Below, in pieces: positions 46,876 through 56,900 of a stretch of DNA of 64,000 nucleotides. Below the pieces are notes generated by a model, which saw only the letters and a program-made list of their open reading frames with translations, was not told the origin of the DNA and searched no databases. Both the position numbers and the translations under genes were made by a program. This DNA is from a virus, in the IMG/VR virus record IMGVR_UViG_3300042731_011014, positions 32,001 through 96,000 of that record; one strand, given 5' to 3'. Position 1 is the stretch's first letter. Each line of letters opens with the position of its first letter.

Positions 46876-47879
46876 GATTCCCTATCCCCAGATGCTTTTA
46901 CCCAATCTACATACGCATCCTGTTCACTTCCGGCACTAGTAGTAGATATGTAAACATATGGACCAAGATAAGACGGAGGTATTCTAGTAGTATGAGTAGC
47001 AACCAATGATCCATCATAATAAAAAAGAACCTGGCTAGATGACAAAAAAATTGCATACTCATGCCAAGAGGAATTAGCCGCAAATCCCAAATCAGTGCTT
47101 TCTTCACCGCCCGAATCATCGCTTTTTGCATACCAATTATATGAACCCCATCGCTCAAACCATGCTGAATAAGGTCCTGCACCACCCAAAAAAACATAAG
47201 AATTCGCTGTATCCTCAATTTTCAATCTAAAAGAAAATTTTGCGTTAGCAGCAGCACTGTAGTTATCATGATTAAAAATAGACACATGATCATCATATAC
47301 TGAACCAGAACGTAAACGCGCTTGACCACCTATCGCATTATCGGGCAACGTAGCACTACTAGAACCAACTATATCTATATCCCAATTTTCATCCAAACTA
47401 TTACTAAGAAAATCATCCCAAAAAAAACATTTACTAGGTCCAGCAATATAACACTCTGATATTGCACCATCTAAATCTGAAACTGCATCTTGGACATTAT
47501 CAGCAGTAGTTTGAGTTAATCCAGTTGAATCAAATCCAACCCTGCCTGCGCCTGGGGGATGCCTAAAATTAGCACTGCCTCCAGTCGAATCACCTATTGT
47601 CTCAACAACATCAATTGTTGTTTCATCTATTACATTATCAATGGTAAAAGTACCATCACCAGAGCCACCAGATGTGCCAGAAAGAATAACAATATCTCCA
47701 GATTGCGCTCTTTCATCGGGATCATAAAGAAGATTTACTCCTGAAAACACAACTCTCTTATTAGATGAAGTTGTTGAAACCACAGTAACGCCAGAATTAT
47801 ACTCAATCGTTCCATCTGAACCAAGCTCAGTTGCATCAACAATCTCAAGATCACCAATATCATCTTTTGATAAAGGCAT
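46872..47879 (-). CDS. virion protein with C-terminal lectin-like domain paralogous to 42229..44589
   Basis: FWDDF...W...NWYAKS...WHEY...FYYDG...VDWVKASGDRES. Confidence 0.65.
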   Translation of the reverse strand: MPLSKDDIGDLEIVDATELGSDGTIEYNSGVTVVSTTSSNKRVVFSGVNLLYDPDERAQSGDIVILSGTSGGSGDGTFTIDNVIDETTIDVVETIGDSTGGSANFRHPPGAGRVGFDSTGLTQTTADNVQDAVSDLDGAISECYIAGPSKCFFWDDFLSNSLDENWDIDIVGSSSATLPDNAIGGQARLRSGSVYDDHVSIFNHDNYSAAANAKFSFRLKIEDTANSYVFLGGAGPYSAWFERWGSYNWYAKSDDSGGEESTDLGFAANSSWHEYAIFLSSSQVLFYYDGSLVATHTTRIPPSYLGPYVYISTTSAGSEQDAYVDWVKASGDRES

Positions 47880-48452
47880 TTATTCCTTCTTTTTTCTGGT
47901 TTTTCTTTTTTTCTTTTTCTTCTTTAACTCATAATTATCAAGATCTTTACATATAATACACTGATCATTACCGCATGACTTCCCATCATGACATGGACAG
48001 TTACATTCCGCCATATCGCCCTCATCCTGACATCCGCAGTTAGCACAAACCTTTTTTAACATTTCAACATCTGTAACAATATCCTCTTTTACCTCTTCAC
48101 TTTCTTTTTTATCCTCTTTTTCTTCGACATCCTTAGCTTTAACTCCAGTTAACATCCCGCTATCATGATATCCAACCATCATTGACACTAGTAAATTTGA
48201 AAAAGTCGAACATGCATCGGCTGTCCCTTGATTAAATACTAACTCATTCTGGAGATCCCTAATCTGTTTTTCAGATCTCATTCTCAACCCCTCAACCGAT
48301 TTAAGAAATTGAGACATTAACTGATAAAGACCCCTAGGAGATATGCTTTCACTATTGGTGAAAATCTTATTAAACTCTGCCTGGAGTTTTACAAAATTCT
48401 CTTTGTGCGTACCGCCCCTCTTTTGTGTTTGATATTGCCTCTCGGTTTTCAT
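47880..48452 (-). CDS. coiled-coil protein with Cys-rich and basic C-terminus
   Basis: CANCGC...CNCPCHDGKSCGNDQCIIC then KKKKKRKTRKKKE. Confidence 0.6.
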   Translation of the reverse strand: MKTERQYQTQKRGGTHKENFVKLQAEFNKIFTNSESISPRGLYQLMSQFLKSVEGLRMRSEKQIRDLQNELVFNQGTADACSTFSNLLVSMMVGYHDSGMLTGVKAKDVEEKEDKKESEEVKEDIVTDVEMLKKVCANCGCQDEGDMAECNCPCHDGKSCGNDQCIICKDLDNYELKKKKKKRKTRKKKE

Positions 48453-48757
48453 AGACCCTTCTTTTTTCTTACCATGGCATTTATAACGAGTGTGCAGTCA
48501 TTACAATACACCCCCCATAGTTTTCTATCTACAGCCGGTCCAGATATTAGCCAAAACTTCTCATTTGTGCTTTTATGACCAGCATTACATGTACCATCAT
48601 GAGGATAAATAGGATTCTTTATCAACCCTTTCCCATTGCATTCTTTACATTTTAAAACTGCGGCCTTGCCTTTATTAAAACACTTACATGTTGTTTCAGG
48701 CAAGACCACTCGCATTGTTACGCCGGTCTCTTTTATTAAATCGGCAAAACTATCCAC
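48449..48757 (-). CDS. small zinc-finger protein
   Basis: CKECNGKG, CNDC. Confidence 0.6.
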   Translation of the reverse strand: MDSFADLIKETGVTMRVVLPETTCKCFNKGKAAVLKCKECNGKGLIKNPIYPHDGTCNAGHKSTNEKFWLISGPAVDRKLWGVYCNDCTLVINAMVRKKKGL

Positions 48758-48765
48758 AAATCACA

Positions 48766-50712
48766 TTACTGTAGGATAAAATAATTTATATCATCCAATG
48801 CTCTAACATTAAAATGAGGAGTTACCTGTGTGGTAGAAGTCTCCAGATAATGATCAAATCTTAGATCTGATCCTGGATTCTTTAATACACCTCTCCAATA
48901 AACGAACATGTTTGCACCATTTCCGCCACCATCCAGCGTATAAGTAGCTCCACCAGGTAACGTATGAGCAGTGTTTTTAGGTATAGCCGTAGTTAACCTC
49001 TCAATAATCCTCGTTATTGATGACGCAGTAATATTATCAGCAAGTGCCTGCAATGATTCAACAATAGTCTCACCATCATTTAGAATCGTTCCAGTATATG
49101 TTCTATCTCCGATTTGAGCATTAATAGTATTCAATATCTCTTCAATATTTGTATTATTCGGATCACCTAAATCACTGAAAATAAATTCGTCACCAGTATT
49201 TGTTAACACTGGCGTCGTTTCACCATCAGATGCCCCGATAAACTCGCGAATCTCAGAGATATCTTGGACTAAAACAGCATCAGCTTGAATTCCACCAATT
49301 AAAGTTGTCCTAAAGGCTGTCTCTGGAAGCTCATTGGTTTGATATCTATCACCATTATAAAAATCCCAATTTCCAGGATGACGTGATACCTGCCATAATA
49401 ACGATCCACTATTACCATCAGTAGCAAAGTTGGATCCGTCAACCGTAACCTCCGTTGCTGAAGCTACAGCAGTAATTTTCGCATGTCTTTGGTTACCATC
49501 AACAGCACATCCCCAAACAGTCAGATACCCTCCAATATCCTCACTTAACATTCCCGATAAGCCAGTAACTGTCGTGCTTGAGTCTGTTACAGATGCTGCG
49601 GATCCGCTCCGACCAGAAATAGGCTCTAACTCTTCTTCTGTTGCAGAACCATTGTTTGTTCCATAAATAAGCTGAGCAAAAAACCTCGTCGCTTCATTAG
49701 TAGTGGTATTATTTGGATCCTTTGCGTCACCATAAGAACGCGCATATAAAGCATTACCAGCCTCATCAACTGGTCTACCGCCAGTAACAGGATCAATCAC
49801 CTCAGTAAATGTCGCATCGTAATTAGTTTCATCATATGCGCCCGAATCGGCAACAGGGATACCACGAAGATCGACTGCATCCGCATAGTTTCTACTTGAA
49901 AGAATACCTTTTAGATCAGACTCAAGCTTCCAGCTAATTGTACCTTCAGCCGTAGCAGAATCAAGACCATCCAGCTCCAAGGTATTCCCATCTGTTACCG
50001 TCTTAATCCGGTAAGATCCATCGGCATCAGTTGACCCAGAAATAGTAATAAAACTGTTTACATCATCCGCAACAAAATGCATATCTGTGAACTCAGCAGT
50101 TTCGTCAGAAATAGCCAAGGTTAAATCACTGCCACTAATTGTTGGTCTTAGTTTAACACTATCTTGCTTTACTGTTATTACACGAGTAGAAGCATCCTCA
50201 GTCTTTCCAGCAATATTCGACAGATTTGCTGGGACGTCAGTACCAATTGCACTAGGTCGCTCATAAGTTGGCACATCATCATAGTAATTGGTAGTTCCCT
50301 TTATTAATCTGCGGTCAGTACGGTGAATATTCTGCTCAACTTCAAGAGAATATGGATCATTTATTTCATAGTCACCACCAAACACCTCAGCAGCACCGGA
50401 TGCATTAATGTACGTCAATGTCGTCCCACCCGGTACCGACTGAATCAAAAACGTACCATTATTTCCACCAGTTGTCGCACTGGAAATTGTAATAAAAGCC
50501 CCTATAAGGGCACTTGTCCATGTTTCACCGGCAATAGTTAATGTAACTACGCCCGCCGCAACAGCAAAATTATCAGTGGTTCCATTTCCGGATCCGCTGT
50601 CCTGTTGTCCACCTTTTTGATTTGGTTCATCAGTTAAAGTTTTCGCTTGATCGAAATTAATCGACCCCTGAACATCGATGAGCTGGCTTAGTCTACCAGG
50701 ATAAACAGACAT
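48766..50712 (-). CDS. large virion structural protein (beta-rich, Gly/Thr/Ser-rich)
   Basis: Repeated G.FITISG...GT..I..V modules; RBS GGAGG. Confidence 0.65.
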   Translation of the reverse strand: MSVYPGRLSQLIDVQGSINFDQAKTLTDEPNQKGGQQDSGSGNGTTDNFAVAAGVVTLTIAGETWTSALIGAFITISSATTGGNNGTFLIQSVPGGTTLTYINASGAAEVFGGDYEINDPYSLEVEQNIHRTDRRLIKGTTNYYDDVPTYERPSAIGTDVPANLSNIAGKTEDASTRVITVKQDSVKLRPTISGSDLTLAISDETAEFTDMHFVADDVNSFITISGSTDADGSYRIKTVTDGNTLELDGLDSATAEGTISWKLESDLKGILSSRNYADAVDLRGIPVADSGAYDETNYDATFTEVIDPVTGGRPVDEAGNALYARSYGDAKDPNNTTTNEATRFFAQLIYGTNNGSATEEELEPISGRSGSAASVTDSSTTVTGLSGMLSEDIGGYLTVWGCAVDGNQRHAKITAVASATEVTVDGSNFATDGNSGSLLWQVSRHPGNWDFYNGDRYQTNELPETAFRTTLIGGIQADAVLVQDISEIREFIGASDGETTPVLTNTGDEFIFSDLGDPNNTNIEEILNTINAQIGDRTYTGTILNDGETIVESLQALADNITASSITRIIERLTTAIPKNTAHTLPGGATYTLDGGGNGANMFVYWRGVLKNPGSDLRFDHYLETSTTQVTPHFNVRALDDINYFILQ

Positions 50713-50722
50713 TTTAACCTCC

Positions 50723-51013
50723 TTATTCGGCTAGATAATCCGCCAAAAATAAACTTGTTACCTGTGGGGTAAACTTCATCCTGATCATATTATACCCTCC
50801 CCCAGGTACATTTTCATAGACTTCATACTCACTCGGAAGCATCCTTCTCCCATTATGATATAATCTTACAGTCCTCTTTGGCGGATCATATATTGCTGGC
50901 TCAGGTAAGCTGAAAATTCTGCTAGATCCGTCATATACACCAAGCAAATAAACATTTTCCCTAACCCTGCCTGAACCTGCACCGCCAATTGTGAGAGGAC
51001 TAGTAGTTCGCAT
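50723..51013 (-). CDS. small virion-associated protein
   Basis: DGSSRIFSLP...LYHNGRR motif seen in virion beta modules. Confidence 0.55.
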   Translation of the reverse strand: MRTTSPLTIGGAGSGRVRENVYLLGVYDGSSRIFSLPEPAIYDPPKRTVRLYHNGRRMLPSEYEVYENVPGGGYNMIRMKFTPQVTSLFLADYLAE

Positions 51014-51040
51014 TTCATTTTCCGATCCTTAAAATCAATA

Positions 51041-51361
51041 TTAGTCCTCTAGCTCACTTAAAAAATTAGCTAGCGCCTCTAATCTCTTTTCCTCATCGGA
51101 TTCTTTTTTTATATCATTCAACTCTTCTATTTTCTTATCTGTTTTTGCTTTTATTTTTTCTATTTCTATTCTAGCGCTAGTTTCCTCTTTTTCGATCCGT
51201 TTTTCTACCCTCTTACTTATTTTTCCTTTAGCGTTAACTCTGTCCTTTTTACTCCTTACAATAATAAAAACAATAATCCCAGTAATTAAGCTAAGAAAAA
51301 TATACCAGTGCTTAACAAAAAAATGCCAAAAACTCTTTATTGCATACCATATTTTTTTCAT
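51041..51361 (-). CDS. N-terminally anchored coiled-coil membrane protein (i-spanin-like)
   Basis: TM WYIFLSLITGIIVFIIV followed by a charged coiled coil. Confidence 0.5.
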   Translation of the reverse strand: MKKIWYAIKSFWHFFVKHWYIFLSLITGIIVFIIVRSKKDRVNAKGKISKRVEKRIEKEETSARIEIEKIKAKTDKKIEELNDIKKESDEEKRLEALANFLSELED

Positions 51362-51383
51362 AAAGTCACTCTACTTAATTTAT

Positions 51384-51726
51384 GCGGCGGAAACCCCTGA
51401 TTTCAATCAGGGGAGAAGCCGCCTAACAATTAACCACCAAATTATGCATACGAATAACATTGGGAGTTACCTCCCAATTCTCTGCTTTCGCAGGTAAAGG
51501 TCACCTCGGCAAAGTTAATGCACGGTTTTATATGCAAACAGCACTGGCTTAACCCCTTAGACCTGTTTAACCACTTGCCGTAGAGCCTGGGGCTGGTGAA
51601 GCACCCCAGGGTACCTATATATTCGTGCTTAACGTAGCTCAAGAAGTATTGCTCCTTTGCTTAGCCTGGTTAACATAAGGCCTGTAATCTCTCACAAGCC
51701 CTCGACTTCAGTCGAAGGTAGTTGAC
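51384..51726 (-). mobile_element. non-autonomous IS200/IS605 element carrying an IscB-type omegaRNA (HEARO-like) with iscB deleted
   Basis: Minus strand starts GTCAACTACC with hairpin CCTTCGACTGAAGTCGAGGG, then GTTAACCAGGCTAAG, CTACGTT, ACCCTGGGGTGCTTCACCAGCCCCAGGCTCT, GGTTAAACAG, CAGTG, TTGCCGAGG; ends with hairpin GGCGG..CCCCTGATTGAAATCAGGGG..CCGCC; flanked by ATAAA. Confidence 0.88.
51455..51726 (-). ncRNA. omegaRNA / HEARO scaffold (guide expected from the flank beyond 51726)
   Basis: Conserved motif order typical of IscB-associated RNAs, ending at a GGAGG RBS and vestigial ATG (MLFV...). Confidence 0.82.
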
Positions 51727-52190
51727 GACTTAACCGGATTCGGTTTTACTAGTTTTGTTATCTCATGTATAGCAAGAGACATTGGCCCAGATAACGCTAA
51801 AATTAAGGCCTCCCACCACTCCTTTCCGGCTCCAATCGTAAGAACAATAAATAATCCACCTCCTAGAACTAAAGTTGCAATCCGAATGTAATTTTTTCCT
51901 TTTTCCTTGAACCATGTGCTTGCCATTTTTAATAAAGAAATTAATAACTTGAAAATTGCCGCGAGCAACGCCATCCACGCTACTAACTCACCTGCATGCT
52001 CCCCTGATTTTAAATCCTTTACTGTCTTCACCAATTTTCCAACATCACCAATAACACCTGAAACATCACCATCACTATTAACTGCATTATCTACAATATC
52101 AGCCGGATCCGTTGATGCATCATTGGCATATGCCATATTTAGCATAATTATTGAAAACATTAAAATTAACACAAAAATTGCTTTAATCAT
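51708..52190 (-). CDS. multi-pass membrane protein (holin-like); last codons come from the inserted element
   Basis: Signal peptide plus 2-3 TM segments; the terminal STTFD* is encoded inside the element end. Confidence 0.65.
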   Translation of the reverse strand: MIKAIFVLILMFSIIMLNMAYANDASTDPADIVDNAVNSDGDVSGVIGDVGKLVKTVKDLKSGEHAGELVAWMALLAAIFKLLISLLKMASTWFKEKGKNYIRIATLVLGGGLFIVLTIGAGKEWWEALILALSGPMSLAIHEITKLVKPNPVKSSTTFD

Positions 52191-52193
52191 CTT

Positions 52194-52388
52194 TTATCCT
52201 TCCAGTAATAGTTCTGGTTCACGCTTAATGCCACCCTCATCAATTCCCTTTTTTTCAATATGCTTTTGAAGAGCATCCGATATCACCTCGGCAACTGTTT
52301 TTCCTTCCTTGTCTGCAAGTTCTCTCAAATCACCATATAATTCATCTGTAAACATCAAACCATTCAATACATTTACTTTTTTATCCAT
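52194..52388 (-). CDS. ribbon-helix-helix (CopG-like) DNA-binding protein
   Basis: LMFTDELYGDLRELADKEGKTVAEVISDALQKHI. Confidence 0.7.
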   Translation of the reverse strand: MDKKVNVLNGLMFTDELYGDLRELADKEGKTVAEVISDALQKHIEKKGIDEGGIKREPELLLEG

Positions 52389-52396
52389 CTTTTCAC

Positions 52397-53116
52397 CTAC
52401 TTCTTCGAAGACTTCTCTACAGTATAAGTCTCCTTCATTTTACCGGACCAAACCGTCCTACTGGTAAATTTTACACCCTCACCAGGTATTTGCGCAACTT
52501 CATTAAATGTTAGATCCGCAGTAGCAATCCTAGGTCTGCCACTCGGAAAAAAAGCTTTATAATCAACTGTAATATTCGTAAGTATACAATCTATAAAACC
52601 TATGGAACCTTCTTGCTGCTTTGTCGACGCAGTTCCACCAAGAAATACGTTAGGCATGTATAAGACAAGAATTTGAGGAGGATAGACCCTGTTATCGGCA
52701 TAAGCAGGATAATACAGCGATCTCAACCATGCTATGGCCCCATTGATATCAACATTGTGCTTATCTTGACCAACCTTACCGCCACCGGATGCGGCTGCAA
52801 CAGGAGACAGGGCACCGCCGCCAGCAGTATTAATACCACCATCCTCGTCCCTGCTAAAATAAACAGTAAATGATACAGCCCTAGGACCAAGAGATACCCA
52901 TTGGTATAATGGGAGTGTTCCGCCCGGAACAGATGATTGTGCATACTCAACATTTTGCGATTCTGAAATTGATTCAGGCCAATACTGAAATGCTCTAGGA
53001 TCAGTCCTTGTGTCCTTAGGCGATCCATCATCAATTACCTCAATATACACCCGTGCAAGCTTCTGATCTAGAATATTTTTTCCCAGTTGGGATGCTAATT
53101 TACCTAAAGTAGGCAT
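52397..53116 (-). CDS. contractile-tail tube initiator / baseplate hub-type protein
   Basis: FQYWPESIS...Y....PGG..P..QW...G.R.VSF..YF and P..ATADLTF.E resemble CIS tube-initiator and gp48/54-like proteins. Confidence 0.7.
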   Translation of the reverse strand: MPTLGKLASQLGKNILDQKLARVYIEVIDDGSPKDTRTDPRAFQYWPESISESQNVEYAQSSVPGGTLPLYQWVSLGPRAVSFTVYFSRDEDGGINTAGGGALSPVAAASGGGKVGQDKHNVDINGAIAWLRSLYYPAYADNRVYPPQILVLYMPNVFLGGTASTKQQEGSIGFIDCILTNITVDYKAFFPSGRPRIATADLTFNEVAQIPGEGVKFTSRTVWSGKMKETYTVEKSSKK

Positions 53117-53505
53117 TAATCTAAGGCCCTCTTTGATTTTATTTTAATACCATCTATTACTATTTGATCGATCTCATCTTGAACTAATGATCTTATTGTT
53201 TTGGATATCTTAGGATTCCTATCCCTTCTCAACTGCTGCAATTTCGATATTGGCAAGCTAAATTTTTTGGATATCGCCTTTCTTCTTTTATTCGCCTTAT
53301 TGATACCACCTTTTGATAAGCTAAAATTAATCTTATCCTCATCGACCGCACCGTTATCAATATCTATTGCAACATTTCTTACCTTAACAATATCATCAGG
53401 ATTAAAGCTTCCAACCAAAACACCAGCAATCCAGACCTCGCCAGGGGTGCCTTTTCTCGAGTCGGCAGATATAATTTTTATCTCAATGATTTTTTCAACA
53501 GCCAT
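53116..53505 (-). CDS. hypothetical protein (129 aa)
   Basis: TAATG coupling. Confidence 0.55.
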   Translation of the reverse strand: MAVEKIIEIKIISADSRKGTPGEVWIAGVLVGSFNPDDIVKVRNVAIDIDNGAVDEDKINFSLSKGGINKANKRRKAISKKFSLPISKLQQLRRDRNPKISKTIRSLVQDEIDQIVIDGIKIKSKRALD

Positions 53506-53507
53506 TT

Positions 53508-53933
53508 CTAACCTCTAATCCTTCTAAGCCTATTAATAAGATATGGATCGGTCATAATCCCATTATCAGGAGACATGCCTAACATTACTCCAGTTATTTT
53601 TTCTTTCTTGCCCATTGTATCCATAATCCCTTTTGCCCTCTCTTTGGCCGCTTCTCTTGAACCATCCACAATTTCTTTAACAATATCACATTTGCCGGCC
53701 TCTTTTAAGAGCATTAACTCGTAAGCATCTAATTCACCATCTAATCGATTAAATTCCATAAATATTCTTGTCCACTCGAATAACACTTTCTCTATTTTTT
53801 TCGCAATACCCAATCTCTCTGCTAATCTCTTTTTAATTAAATCAACTAGTTCCCCAGTTTTACCACCCATTTTTTCACTTTTAAGTAATTCAGCAATTCC
53901 GGGCAATGATCGTCTCTTTAAATCCATACACAA
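53508..53933 (-). CDS. hypothetical helical protein (141 aa)
   Basis: ORF track. Confidence 0.55.
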   Translation of the reverse strand: MCMDLKRRSLPGIAELLKSEKMGGKTGELVDLIKKRLAERLGIAKKIEKVLFEWTRIFMEFNRLDGELDAYELMLLKEAGKCDIVKEIVDGSREAAKERAKGIMDTMGKKEKITGVMLGMSPDNGIMTDPYLINRLRRIRG

Positions 53934-53939
53934 ATTCTC

Positions 53940-56900
53940 CTAAGATTCATCAATGTTTTCAGACTGTATAAAAACATGAGGATGAGATTCTTTATCCAAT
54001 CCTAGCAATGAATCTAGACAGTCATTAATCGTCACAGAAACATGCGGGTAAGCACTCTCATCTAATCCAAGTAAAAAATTAGTGCAATCATTTGCCGATG
54101 GCGCAGTAAATTTTATACTCGAACTTCCTTTGAAAAGAAGTTTTAATCCATTAACATAACAAACAGTTGACCCCATTGCTGTATTAATATTACCAGCAAC
54201 CGCTGACAATGCATAGGAGCCACCTGCACCACTATCGCCGGTAACATCAATATCGTTTACGCTATTTCCGTCAACATCTAGATTAATATTATAATGAGTT
54301 GCGTCCAAAGTTAAAATAGGATCTGTTACCGTATGACCTTCAAGTTGTACATTTGAAGGCTTTGTAAATTTTATCTCCCTTGGTGCCTTAAAAATTAACT
54401 TTGTACCATCTACAAAACATACAGTTGAACCAATGGCAGTATTAATATTTGAAGCAATAGCTGACAGTGCATAGGATCCGCCTGCACCTAAATCCCCAGT
54501 TACATCAATATCATTATGTCCACCACCATCAATCTCAAGATCGATATAGCAATTAGTTCTATCGAGAGTAAGTATAGGATCTGTTACTGTATGACCATCA
54601 AACCTAGCAAGCAATGCATCCGTACCAGATCCACCCAAATTATTTCCACGAACAACATAAACGTTCGCTGAGCCAATTGCTATCCCATTCCCAGATCCAG
54701 CATAGGAATTTATATTATTTCCAATAATAATAGATTTCTCCCCCACAGATCGAATCGCATCATGTGCCCCAGCGCCGCTAGCCACGCTAACAAGGTTATT
54801 ACCTGTAATAACACAATTATCCGACGCAGCAACGATACCATACTCTTCAGTTCCTCTAATTACATTCCCTATCATACTGCATCTATGAGCAAGAGAAGGA
54901 ACATTTATCCCTGCTAATGATCCTAAAATAGAGTTCCCCGTAATTGCAACATCTGTACTATTGGTCTCAATAAGAATACCATTTGAGTTAGCCGAAGCCT
55001 TTATTCTATTCCCCAATATTGAGCTTAATTCTCTAGCAAAAATGCCATTAAAACCGTTGCCAGTGACCTCAACATTATTCCCGGTAACTGCGCATGACTC
55101 TCCGGTTTCAATTGAATTACCTTGAGAGTAAACATAGTTACCAACAATGGATCCGACTACTTTTTCTGCACCTATCCCAGTAACAAAATTACTTATCCAG
55201 TTTCCCTCTATTACTGATGGAGTCGGATTAATCGCGGTTGTCGCTAACCGAATACCAGCACCGTCGGCAGCACTCTTTTGCATAACGTTTTTCGAAATTG
55301 TAACACTGTCCGCTTCAAAATTAGCATCACATGAAAAACCGTCATATCCAACACCGGGGTCCCAAATTATATTTTCACTAAAAACTAAGCTTTTTGTTCC
55401 CCCTATAGAAACATAAAATCCATCATATCCAGGCTCATATATAATATTGCCAGCATACCTTGAGAACCTTGCACCGTTATCATAAATACCATACTCGGTT
55501 ACAGTATCTATAATATTGTTAATCACATTAACCATTTCGACTAATTCAGTCGTATAATCATCAATCTCAATTCCTCTAGCGCCTCCATTAATATTATTCG
55601 AACTAACTAAGCAGCTATCAGCTCCAACATGAACAGCTATAGTTCCAGCACTATCCACTATATTCCCAACACACCTACCCCGAATACCACTCATTGTGAT
55701 ACCATCAGCATTCGAATTAAGCAGATAATTACCTATTGCCGCAGATTCTTCACCATTGAGAAGTAAAAGCGAATCTCCCCCGTTCCCGCTCGCATAGCAA
55801 TTTTCTATCGTGGAATATGCACCAACTATTATCCCTCTCAGTCCAGCATTTAATGAGGCGCAATTTTCAATACTGCTAAGATTCCCTGCAAAAATACCCT
55901 CACCACCAAAATCATCAACATAGCAACCAGTTATCAACGAATAGTTACCATCTGTTCTTAATCCCTCGGCCGTTGCATATGCTGGCGTCGCATCACCTAT
56001 TGCAACTACATTCTCAATTCTGCACCTAATACCGGTAAGATAGATACCATAAACCTGATTTACTAAAGAGCAATCTCTAGCAATCACATCATTACCTGAT
56101 CCACTAATGGAGTAGTAAAGCTCACCACCTGACTCAAAGGTACAATTTTCGATAACCGATCCATGTCCGGGATCTTTTATGGCAGAGTATGTTGAAACAG
56201 ATCCGCTGTATTCAAACTTCAAATTTTTAAAAACATTCTTTTCGGATCCAGTGCATAAAAATGCATTGCCCGAATCAAAAGACCATTTTATTCTAGGCAA
56301 ATCGTTTGTTAGGTTATTTAAAAGAAATCCCTCAATAGATACCCTTGCCAGCCCACTAAACCCGACATCATTGAAATCAACCGGATCGGCCAATGTTATA
56401 TCACCGATTACCTTAATTTTTGCATTAATAATATCTCTCTGAGAATGATTTAATATTGTCGCAATATGCGAGACAGCTCTATTTAAACATCCGCTACCAT
56501 AAAAATCAGACGGACCACTATCCGAAACAGTAATCTCAATTGTTTTAAATCGGTCCTCTGCCGTCCTAACAACATCATGGGACATATCAAACTGAGATAG
56601 TGTTGTGTTGTAATAAAAAAAAGCTAATGGAACGTATGATTCATCAAAACCCAACGTTGCATCAATATCAGTAAATTCTCCTGTTGCAGCATTCATTAAC
56701 ATGACTCTATTTTGATTCGCTCCGAGTATTTCATGGTATCCAGCAGATTTAGATAAAACCGTGCCTGTATTTGTCATTAACTTAAATGTAGATGCCCATT
56801 CCACCCTACTTAGTGCATCATTAAATGTGAAACCTGGATATTCTATAACATGAGCACCAATGGTATTACCAACGGCATCCTTTATACCCTGAATTCTATC

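Noticed and set aside
51442-51642. 66-aa ORF (MSYVKHEY...) in the ORF track
   Set aside because: It lies entirely within the omegaRNA scaffold and has no IscB motifs; a chance frame.
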